NCBI GenBank assembly: GCA_965649825.1 | Contig: OZ287694.1 | Location: 1-64,000, forward strand | DNA length: 64,000 bases | From: Penicillus capitatus | Taxonomy: Eukaryota > Plantae > Chlorophyta | Direction of reading: 5' to 3' | Part shown: positions 1 through 12,000 of the stretch, one piece after another | Layout: the number at the start of each line of letters is the position of its first letter | Position numbering within the stretch: the stretch's first letter is position 1 | The notes under the pieces: model-generated | The model's input: only the letters and a program-made list of their open reading frames with translations | What the model was told of the DNA's origin: nothing | The model's database searches: none | Position numbers and translations under genes: made by a program

Positions 1-3000
1 CGCCACAGGCCGAGGACGCCGCCGTCGGTCGCCAAACTTGGGTCCCTTGGCATCCACTCGACCCCGCCGGCCCATCCCCACCCTCGCTCGACCACGTCGC
101 CGGCGTCATCGTGCACTTCCAGATCGTACTGACAGGTCAAATTACGGCTGATGTGACGTCTGGTGCCCGATTTCAACTCCGTACGACAGCGCCCAAAGCG
201 GGACAAACTTCCACCGACTGGCATCCGCGACGTGTCCCGAGGCGTCCCGCACCCGTCCGCGTCGAATTCCGCCCACGGCCGGCCCTCAGTACGTCGCAGT
301 TTGCCGAAATGTGGAATCCAGAAAGGCCGCGCCACAGGCCGAGGACGCCGCCGTCGGTCGCCAACCAAGGGTCCGTCCGCATCCACTCGACCCCGCCGAC
401 CCATCCCCACCCTCGCTCGACCACGTCGCCGGCGTCATCGTGCACTTCCAGATCGTACTGACAGGTCAAATTACGGCTGATGTGACGTTTGGTGCCCGAT
501 TTCAACTCCGTACGACAGCGCCCAAAGCGGGACAAACTTCCACCGACTGGCATCCGCGACGTGTCCCGAGGCGTCCCGCACCCGTCCGCGTCGAATTCCG
601 CCCACGGTCGGCCCTCAGTACGTCGCAGTTTGCCGAAATGTGGAATCCAGAAAGGCCGCGCCACAGGCCGAGGACGCCGCCGTCGGTCGCCAAACTTGGG
701 TCCCTTGGCATCCACTCGACCCCGCCGACCCATCCCCACCCTCGCTCGACCACGTCGCCGGCGTCATCGTGCACTTCCAGATCGTACTGACAGGTCAAAT
801 TACGGCTGATGTGACGTTTGGTGCCCGATTTCAACTCCGTACGACAGCGCCCAAAGCGGGACAAACTTCCACCGACTGGCATCCGCGACGTGTCCCGAGG
901 CGTCCCGCACCCGTCCGCGTCGAATTCCGCCCACGGCCGGCCCTCAGTACGTCGCAGTTTGCCGAAATGTGGAATCCAGAAAGGCCGCGCCACAGGCCGA
1001 GGACGCCGCCGTCGGGCTCCAACCAAGGGTCCCTTGGCATCCACTCGACCCCGCCGACCCATCCCCACCCTCGCTCGACCACGTCGCCGGCGTCATCGTG
1101 CACTTCCAGATCGTACTGACAGGTCAAATTACGGCTGATGTGACGTTTGGTGCCCGATTTCAACTCCGTACGACAGCGCCCAAAGCGGGACAAACTTCCA
1201 CCGACTGGCATCCGCGACGTGTCCCGAGGCGTCCCGCACCCGTCCGCGTCGAATTCCGCCCACGGCCGGCCCTCAGTACGTCGCAGTTTGCCGAAATGTG
1301 GAATCCAGAAAGGCCGCGCCACAGGCCGAGGACGCCGCCGTCGGTCGCCAAACTTGGGTCCCTTGGCATCCACTCGACCCCGCCGACCCATCCCCACCCT
1401 CGCTCGACCACGTCGCCGGCGTCATCGTGCACTTCCAGATCGTACTGACAGGTCAAATTACGGCTGATGTGACGTCTGGTGCCCGATTTCAACTCCGTAC
1501 GACAGCGCCCAAAGCGGGACAAACTTCCACCGACTGGCATCCGCGACGTGTCCCGAGGCGTCCCGCACCCGTCCGCGTCGAATTCCGCCGACGGCCGGCC
1601 CTCAGTACGTCGCAGTTTGCCGAAATGTGGAATCCAGAAAGGCCGCGCCACAGGCCGAGGACGCCGCCGTCGGTCGCCAAACTTGGGTCCGTCCGCATCC
1701 ACTCGACCCCGCCGACCCATCCCCACCCTCGCTCGACCACGTCGCCGGCGTCATCGTGCACTTCCAGATCGTACTGACAGGTCAAATTACGGCTGATGTG
1801 ACGTCTGGTGCCCGATTTCAACTCCGTACGACAGCGCCCAAAGCGGGACAAACTTCCACCGACTGGCATCCGCGACGTGTCCCGAGGCGTCCCGCACCCG
1901 TCCGCGTCGAATTCCGCCGACGGCCGGCCCTCAGTACGTCGCAGTTTGCCGAAATGTGGAATCCAGAAAGGCCGCGCCACAGGCCGAGGACGCCGCCGTC
2001 GGTCGCCAAACTTGGGTCCGTCCGCATCCACTCGACCCCGCCGACCCATCCCCACCCTCGCTCGACCACGTCGCCGGCGTCATCGTGCACTTCCAGATCG
2101 TACTGACAGGTCAAATTACGGCTGATGTGACGTCTGGTGCCCGATTTCAACTCCGTACGACAGCGCCCAAAGCGGGACAAACTTCCACCGACTGGCATCC
2201 GCGACGTGTCCCGAGGCGTCCCGCACCCGTCCGCGTCGAATTCCGCCCACGGCCGGCCCTCAGTACGTCGCAGTTTGCCGAAATGTGGAATCCAGAAAGG
2301 CCGCGCCACAGGCCGAGGACGCCGCCGTCGGTCGCCAAACTTGGGTCCCTTGGCATCCACTCGACCCCGCCGACCCATTCCCACCCTCGCTCGACCACGT
2401 CGCCGGCGTCATCGTGCACTTCCAGATCGTACTGACAGGTCAAATTACGGCTGATGTGACGTTTGGTGCCCGATTTCAACTCCGTACGACAGCGCCCAAA
2501 GCGGGACAAACTTCCACCGACTGGCATCCGCGACGTGTCCCGAGGCGTCCCGCACCCGTCCGCGTCGAATTCCGTCCACGGTCGGCCCTCAGTACGTCGC
2601 AGTTTGCCGAAATGTGGAATCCAGAAAGGCCGCGCCACAGGCCGAGGACGCCGCCGTCGGTCGCCAAACTTGGGTCCCTTGGCATCCACTCGACCCCGCC
2701 GACCCATCCCCACCCTCGCTCGACCACGTCGCCGGCGTCATCGTGCACTTCCAGATCGTACTGACAGGTCAAATTACGGCTGATGTGACGTCTGGTGCCC
2801 GATTTCAACTCCGTACGACAGCGCCCAAAGCGGGACAAACTTCCACCGACTGGCATCCGCGACGTGTCCCGAGGCGTCCCGCACCCGTCCGCGTCGAATT
2901 CCGCCGACGGCCGGCCCTCAGTACGTCGCAGTTTGCCGAAATGTGGAATCCAGAAAGGCCGCGCCACAGGCCGAGGACGCCGCCGTCGGTCGCCAAACTT

Positions 3001-6000
3001 GGGTCCCTTGGCATCCACTCGACCCCGCCGACCCATCCCCACCCTCGCTCGACCACGTCGCCGGCGTCATCGTGCACTTCCAGATCGTACTGACAGGTCA
3101 AATTACGGCTGATGTGACGTCTGGTGCCCGATTTCAACTCCGTACGACAGCGCCCAAAGCGGGACAAACTTCCACCGACTGGCATCCGCGACGTGTCCCG
3201 AGGCGTCCCGCACCCGTCCGCGTCGAATTCCGCCCACGGCCGGCCCTCAGTACGTCGCAGTTTGCCGAAATGTGGAATCCAGAAAGGCCGCGCCACAGGC
3301 CGAGGACGCCGCCGTCGGTCGCCAAACTTGGGTCCCTTGGCATCCACTCGACCCCGCCGGCCCATCCCCACCCTCGCTCGACCACGTCGCCGGCGTCATC
3401 GTGCACTTCCAGATCGTACTGACAGGTCAAATTACGGCTGATGTGACGTCTGGTGCCCGATTTCAACTCCGTACGACAGCGCCCAAAGCGGGACAAACTT
3501 CCACCGACTGGCATCCGCGACGTGTCCCGAGGCGTCCCGCACCCGTCCGCGTCGAATTCCGCCCACGGCCGGCCCTCAGTACGTCGCAGTTTGCCGAAAT
3601 GTGGAATCCAGAAAGGCCGCGCCACAGGCCGAGGACGCCGCCGTCGGTCGCCAACCAAGGGTCCGTCCGCATCCACTCGACCCCGCCGACCCATCCCCAC
3701 CCTCGCTCGACCACGTCGCCGGCGTCATCGTGCACTTCCAGATCGTACTGACAGGTCAAATTACGGCTGATGTGACGTTTGGTGCCCGATTTCAACTCCG
3801 TACGACAGCGCCCAAAGCGGGACAAACTTCCACCGACTGGCATCCGCGACGTGTCCCGAGGCGTCCCGCACCCGTCCGCGTCGAATTCCGCCGACGGCCG
3901 GCCCTCAGTACGTCGCAGTTTGCCGAAATGTGGAATCCAGAAAGGCCGCGCCACAGGCCGAGGACGCCGCCGTCGGGCTCCAACCAAGGGTCCGTCCGCA
4001 TCCACTCGACCCCGCCGACCCATCCCCACCCTCGCTCGACCACGTCGCCGGCGTCATCGTGCACTTCCAGATCGTACTGACAGGTCAAATTACGGCTGAT
4101 GTGACGTCTGGTGCCCGATTTCAACTCCGTACGACAGCGCCCAAAGCGGGACAAACTTCCACCGACTGGCATCCGCGACGTGTCCCGAGGCGTCCCGCAC
4201 CCGTCCGCGTCGAATTCCGCCCACGGTCGGCCCTCAGTACGTCGCAGTTTGCCGAAATGTGGAATCCAGAAAGGCCGCGCCACAGGCCGAGGACGCCGCC
4301 GTCGGTCGCCAAACTTGGGTCCCTTGGCATCCACTCGACCCCGCCGACCCATCCCCACCCTCGCTCGACCACGTCGCCGGCGTCATCGTGCACTTCCAGA
4401 TCGTACTGACAGGTCAAATTACGGCTGATGTGACGTCTGGTGCCCGATTTCAACTCCGTACGACAGCGCCCAAAGCGGGACAAACTTCCACCGACTGGCA
4501 TCCGCGACGTGTCCCGAGGCGTCCCGCACCCGTCCGCGTCGAATTCCGCCCACGGTCGGCCCTCAGTACGTCGCAGTTTGCCGAAATGTGGAATCCGGAA
4601 GGGTCGTGCCACAGGCCGAGGACGCCGCCGTCGGTCGCCAAACTTGGGTCCCTTGGCATCCACTCGACCCCGCCGACCCATCCCCACCCTCGCTCGACCA
4701 CGTCGCCGGCGTCATCGTGCACTTCCAGATCGTACTGACAGGTCAAATTACGGCTGATGTGACGTCTGGTGCCCGATTTCAACTCCGTACGACAGCGCCC
4801 AAAGCGGGACAAACTTCCACCGACTGGCATCCGCGACGTGTCCCGAGGCGTCCCGCACCCGTCCGCGTCGAATTCCGCCGACGGCCGGCCCTCAGTACGT
4901 CGCAGTTTGCCGAAATGTGGAATCCAGAAAGGCCGCGCCGCAGGCCGAGGACGCCGCCGTCGGGCTCCAACCAAGGGTCCGTCCGCATCCACTCGACCCC
5001 GCCGACCCATCCCCACCCTCGCTCGACCACGTCGCCGGCGTCATCGTGCACTTCCAGATCGTACTGACAGGTCAAATTACGGCTGATGTGACGTCTGGTG
5101 CCCGATTTCAACTCCGTACGACAGCGCCCAAAGCGGGACAAACTTCCACCGACTGGCATCCGCGACGTGTCCCGAGGCGTCCCGCACCCGTCCGCGTCGA
5201 ATTCCGCCGACGGCCGGCCCTCAGTACGTCGCAGTTTGCCGAAATGTGGAATCCAGAAAGGCCGCGCCACAGGCCGAGGACGCCGCCGTCGGTCGCCAAA
5301 CTTGGGTCCCTTGGCATCCACTCGACCCCGCCGACCCATCCCCACCCTCGCTCGACCACGTCGCCGGCGTCATCGTGCACTTCCAGATCGTACTGACAGG
5401 TCAAATTACGGCTGATGTGACGTCTGGTGCCCGATTTCAACTCCGTACGACAGCGCCCAAAGCGGGACAAACTTCCACCGACTGGCATCCGCGACGTGTC
5501 CCGAGGCGTCCCGCACCCGTCCGCGTCGAATTCCGCCCACGGCCGGCCCTCAGTACGTCGCAGTTTGCCGAAATGTGGAATCCAGAAAGGCCGCGCCACA
5601 GGCCGAGGACGCCGCCGTCGGTCGCCAAACTTGGGTCCCTTGGCATCCACTCGACCCCGCCGACCCATCCCCACCCTCGCTCGACCACGTCGCCGGCGTC
5701 ATCGTGCACTTCCAGATCGTACTGACAGGTCAAATTACGGCTGATGTGACGTCTGGTGCCCGATTTCAACTCCGTACGACAGCGCCCAAAGCGGGACAAA
5801 CTTCCACCGACTGGCATCCGCGACGTGTCCCGAGGCGTCCCGCACCCGTCCGCGTCGAATTCCGCCGACGGCCGGCCCTCAGTACGTCGCAGTTTGCCGA
5901 AATGTGGAATCCAGAAAGGCCGCGCCACAGGCCGAGGACGCCGCCGTCGGGCTCCAACCAAGGGTCCGTCCGCATCCACTCGACCCCGCCGACCCATCCC

Positions 6001-9000
6001 CACCCTCGCTCGACCACGTCGCCGGCGTCATCGTGCACTTCCAGATCGTACTGACAGGTCAAATTACAGCTGATGTGACGTCTGGTGCCCGATTTCAACT
6101 CCGTACGACAGCGCCCAAAGCGGGACAAACTTCCACCGACTGGCATCCGCGACGTGTCCCGAGGCGTCCCGCACCCGTCCGCGTCGAATTCCGCCCACGG
6201 TCGGCCCTCAGTACGTCGCAGTTTGCCGAAATGTGGAATCCAGAAAGGCCGCGCCACAGGCCGAGGACGCCGCCGTCGGTCGCCAAACTTGGGTCCCTTG
6301 GCATCCACTCGACCCCGCCGACCCATCCCCACCCTCGCTCGACCACGTCGCCGGCGTCATCGTGCACTTCCAGATCGTACTGACAGGTCAAATTACGGCT
6401 GATGTGACGTCTGGTGCCCGATTTCAACTCCGTACGACAGCGCCCAAAGCGGGACAAACTTCCACCGACTGGCATCCGCGACGTGTCCCGAGGCGTCCCG
6501 CACCCGTCCGCGTCGAATTCCGCCCACGGTCGGCCCTCAGTACGTCGCAGTTTGCCGAAATGTCGAATCCAGAAAGGCCGCGCCACAGGCCGAGGACGCC
6601 GCCGTCGGGCTCCAACCAAGGGTCCGTCCGCATCCACTCGACCCCGCCGACCCATCCCCACCCTCGCTCGACCACGTCGCCGGCGTCATCGTGCACTTCC
6701 AGATCGTACTGACAGGTCAAATTACGGCTGATGTGACGTTTGGTGCCCGATTTCAACTCCGTACGACAGCGCCCAAAGCGGGACAAACTTCCACCGACTG
6801 GCATCCGCGACGTGTCCCGAGGCGTCCCGCACCCGTCCGCGTCGAATTCCGCCGACGGCCGGCCCTCAGTACGTCGCAGTTTGCCGAAATGTGGAATCCA
6901 GAAAGGCCGCGCCGCAGGCCGAGGACGCCGCCGTCGGTCGCCAAACTTGGGTCCCTTGGCATCCACTCGACCCCGCCGACCCATCCCCACCCTCGCTCGA
7001 CCACGTCGCCGGCGTCATCGTGCACTTCCAGATCGTACTGACAGGTCAAATTACGGCTGATGTGACGTTTGGTGCCCTATTTCAACTCCGTACGACAGCG
7101 CCCAAAGCGGGACAAACTTCCACCGACTGGCATCCGCGACGTGTCCCGAGGCGTCCCGCACCCGTCCGCGTCGAATTCCGCCCACGGCCGGCCCTCAGTA
7201 CGTCGCAGTTTGCCGAAATGTGGAATCCAGAAAGGCCGCGCCACAGGCCGAGGACGCCGCCGTCGGTCGCCAAACTTGGGTCCCTTGGCATCCACTCGAC
7301 CCCGCCGACCCATTCCCACCCTCGCTCGACCACGTCGCCGGCGTCATCGTGCACTTCCAGATCGTACTGACAGGTCAAATTACGGCTGATGTGACGTCTG
7401 GTGCCCGATTTCAACTCCGTACGACAGCGCCCAAAGCGGGACAAACTTCCACCGACTGGCATCCGCGACGTGTCCCGAGGCGTCCCGCACCCGTCCGCGT
7501 CGAATTCCGCCGACGGCCGGCCCTCAGTACGTCGCAGTTTGCCGAAATGTGGAATCCAGAAAGGCCGCGCCGCAGGCCGAGGACGCCGCCGTCGGTCGCC
7601 AAACTTGGGTCCCTTGGCATCCACTCGACCCCGCCGACCCATCCCCACCCTCGCTCGACCACGTCGCCGGCGTCATCGTGCACTTCCAGATCGTACTGAC
7701 AGGTCAAATTACGGCTGATGTGACGTCTGGTGCCCGATTTCAACTCCGTACGACAGCGCCCAAAGCGGGACAAACTTCCACCGACTGGCATCCGCGACGT
7801 GTCCCGAGGCGTCCCGCACCCGTCCGCGTCGAATTCCGCCGACGGCCGGCCCTCAGTACGTCGCAGTTTGCCGAAATGTGGAATCCAGAAAGGCCGCGCC
7901 ACAGGCCGAGGACGCCGCCGTCGGTCGCCAAACTTGGGTCCCTTGGCATCCACTCGACCCCGCCGACCCATCCCCACCCTCGCTCGACCACGTCGCCGGC
8001 GTCATCGTGCACTTCCAGATCGTACTGACAGGTCAAATTACGGCTGATGTGACGTCTGGTGCCCGATTTCAACTCCGTACGACAGCGCCCAAAGCGGGAC
8101 AAACTTCCACCGACTGGCATCCGCGACGTGTCCCGAGGCGTCCCGCACCCGTCCGCGTCGAATTCCGCCCACGGCCGGCCCTCAGTACGTCGCAGTTTGC
8201 CGAAATGTGGAATCCAGAAAGGCCGCGCCACAGGCCGAGGACGCCGCCGTCGGTCGCCAAACTTGGGTCCCTTGGCATCCACTCGACCCCGCCGACCCAT
8301 CCCCACCCTCGCTCGACCACGTCGCCGGCGTCATCGTGCACTTCCAGATCGTACTGACAGGTCAAATTACGGCTGATGTGACGTCTGGTGCCCGATTTCA
8401 ACTCCGTACGACAGCGCCCAAAGCGGGACAAACTTCCACCGACTGGCATCCGCGACGTGTCCCGAGGCGTCCCGCACCCGTCCGCGTCGAATTCCGCCGA
8501 CGGCCGGCCCTCAGTACGTCGCAGTTTGCCGAAATGTGGAATCCAGAAAGGCCGCGCCACAGGCCGAGGACGCCGCCGTCGGTCGCCAAACTTGGGTCCC
8601 TTGGCATCCACTCGACCCCGCCGACCCATCCCCACCCTCGCTCGACCACGTCGCCGGCGTCATCGTGCACTTCCAGATCGTACTGACAGGTCAAATTACG
8701 GCTGATGTGACGTCTGGTGCCCGATTTCAACTCCGTACGACAGCGCCCAAAGCGGGACAAACTTCCACCGACTGGCATCCGCGACGTGTCCCGAGGCGTC
8801 CCGCACCCGTCCGCGTCGAATTCCGCCGACGGCCGGCCCTCAGTACGTCGCAGTTTGCCGAAATGTGGAATCCAGAAAGGCCGCGCCACAGGCCGAGGAC
8901 GCCGCCGTCGGTCGCCAAACTTGGGTCCCTTGGCATCCACTCGACCCCGCCGACCCATCCCCACCCTCGCTCGACCACGTCGCCGGCGTCATCGTGCACT

Positions 9001-12000
9001 TCCAGATCGTACTGACAGGTCAAATTACGGCTGATGTGACGTCTGGTGCCCGATTTCAACTCCGTACGACAGCGCCCAAAGCGGGACAAACTTCCACCGA
9101 CTGGCATCCGCGACGTGTCCCGAGGCGTCCCGCACCCGTCCGCGTCGAATTCCGCCCACGGCCGGCCCTCAGTACGTCGCAGTTTGCCGAAATGTGGAAT
9201 CCAGAAAGGCCGCGCCACAGGCCGAGGACGCCGCCGTCGGTCGCCAAACTTGGGTCCCTTGGCATCCACTCGACCCCGCCGACCCATCCCCACCCTCGCT
9301 CGACCACGTCGCCGGCGTCATCGTGCACTTCCAGATCGTACTGACAGGTCAAATTACGGCTGATGTGACGTCTGGTGCCCGATTTCAACTCCGTACGACA
9401 GCGCCCAAAGCGGGACAAACTTCCACCGACTGGCATCCGCGACGTGTCCCGAGGCGTCCCGCACCCGTCCGCGTCGAATTCCGCCGACGGCCGGCCCTCA
9501 GTACGTCGCAGTTTGCCGAAATGTGGAATCCAGAAAGGCCGCGCCACAGGCCGAGGACGCCGCCGTCGGTCGCCAAACTTGGGTCCCTTGGCATCCACTC
9601 GACCCCGCCGACCCATCCCCACCCTCGCTCGACCACGTCGCCGGCGTCATCGTGCACTTCCAGATCGTACTGACAGGTCAAATTACGGCTGATGTGACGT
9701 CTGGTGCCCGATTTCAACTCCGTACGACAGCGCCCAAAGCGGGACAAACTTCCACCGACTGGCATCCGCGACGTGTCCCGAGGCGTCCCGCACCCGTCCG
9801 CGTCGAATTCCGCCCACGGCCGGCCCTCAGTACGTCGCAGTTTGCCGAAATGTGGAATCCAGAAAGGCCGCGCCACAGGCCGAGGACGCCGCCGTCGGTC
9901 GCCAAACTTGGGTCCCTTGGCATCCACTCGACCCCGCCGACCCATCCCCACCCTCGCTCGACCACGTCGCCGGCGTCATCGTGCACTTCCAGATCGTACT
10001 GACAGGTCAAATTACGGCTGATGTGACGTCTGGTGCCCGATTTCAACTCCGTACGACAGCGCCCAAAGCGGGACAAACTTCCACCGACTGGCATCCGCGA
10101 CGTGTCCCGAGGCGTCCCGCACCCGTCCGCGTCGAATTCCGCCCACGGCCGGCCCTCAGTACGTCGCAGTTTGCCGAAATGTGGAATCCAGAAAGGCCGC
10201 GCCACAGGCCGAGGACGCCGCCGTCGGTCGCCAACCAAGGGTCCGTCCGCATCCACTCGACCCCGCCGACCCATCCCCACCCTCGCTCGACCACGTCGCC
10301 GGCGTCATCGTGCACTTCCAGATCGTACTGACAGGTCAAATTACGGCTGATGTGACGTTTGGTGCCCGATTTCAACTCCGTACGACAGCGCCCAAAGCGG
10401 GACAAACTTCCACCGACTGGCATCCGCGACGTGTCCCGAGGCGTCCCGCACCCGTCCGCGTCGAATTCCGCCGACGGCCGGCCCTCAGTACGTCGCAGTT
10501 TGCCGAAATGTGGAATCCAGAAAGGCCGCGCCACAGGCCGAGGACGCCGCCGTCGGGCTCCAACCAAGGGTCCGTCCGCATCCACTCGACCCCGCCGACC
10601 CATCCCCACCCTCGCTCGACCACGTCGCCGGCGTCATCGTGCACTTCCAGATCGTACTGACAGGTCAAATTACGGCTGATGTGACGTCTGGTGCCCGATT
10701 TCAACTCCGTACGACAGCGCCCAAAGCGGGACAAACTTCCACCGACTGGCATCCGCGACGTGTCCCGAGGCGTCCCGCACCCGTCCGCGTCGAATTCCGC
10801 CCACGGTCGGCCCTCAGTACGTCGCAGTTTGCCGAAATGTGGAATCCGGAAGGGTCGTGCCACAGGCCGAGGACGCCGCCGTCGGTCGCCAAACTTGGGT
10901 CCCTTGGCATCCACTCGACCCCGCCGACCCATCCCCACCCTCGCTCGACCACGTCGCCGGCGTCATCGTGCACTTCCAGATCGTACTGACAGGTCAAATT
11001 ACGGCTGATGTGACGTTTGGTGCCCGATTTCAACTCCGTACGACAGCGCCCAAAGCGGGACAAACTTCCACCGACTGGCATCCGCGACGTGTCCCGAGGC
11101 GTCCCGCACCCGTCCGCGTCGAATTCCGCCGACGGCCGGCCCTCAGTACGTCGCAGTTTGCCGAAATGTGGAATCCAGAAAGGCCGCGCCACAGGCCGAG
11201 GACGCCGCCGTCGGGCTCCAACCAAGGGTCCGTCCGCATCCACTCGACCCCGCCGACCCATCCCCACCCTCGCTCGACCACGTCGCCGGCGTCATCGTGC
11301 ACTTCCAGATCGTACTGACAGGTCAAATTACAGCTGATGTGACGTCTGGTGCCCGATTTCAACTCCGTACGACAGCGCCCAAAGCGGGACAAACTTCCAC
11401 CGACTGGCATCCGCGACGTGTCCCGAGGCGTCCCGCACCCGTCCGCGTCGAATTCCGCCCACGGTCGGCCCTCAGTACGTCGCAGTTTGCCGAAATGTGG
11501 AATCCAGAAAGGCCGCGCCACAGGCCGAGGACGCCGCCGTCGGTCGCCAAACTTGGGTCCCTTGGCATCCACTCGACCCCGCCGACCCATCCCCACCCTC
11601 GCTCGACCACGTCGCCGGCGTCATCGTGCACTTCCAGATCGTACTGACAGGTCAAATTACGGCTGATGTGACGTCTGGTGCCCGATTTCAACTCCGTACG
11701 ACAGCGCCCAAAGCGGGACAAACTTCCACCGACTGGCATCCGCGACGTGTCCCGAGGCGTCCCGCACCCGTCCGCGTCGAATTCCGCCCACGGTCGGCCC
11801 TCAGTACGTCGCAGTTTGCCGAAATGTCGAATCCAGAAAGGCCGCGCCACAGGCCGAGGACGCCGCCGTCGGGCTCCAACCAAGGGTCCGTCCGCATCCA
11901 CTCGACCCCGCCGACCCATCCCCACCCTCGCTCGACCACGTCGCCGGCGTCATCGTGCACTTCCAGATCGTACTGACAGGTCAAATTACAGCTGATGTGA

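Noticed and set aside
247-294. Faint 5S rRNA resemblance in the unit (gcacccg..gaattccgc..agtac)
   Set aside because: The spacing between tccgc and agtac is 15 nt, versus about 24 nt in plant 5S as recalled. There are no matching 5'/3' terminal helices and no T-run terminator.
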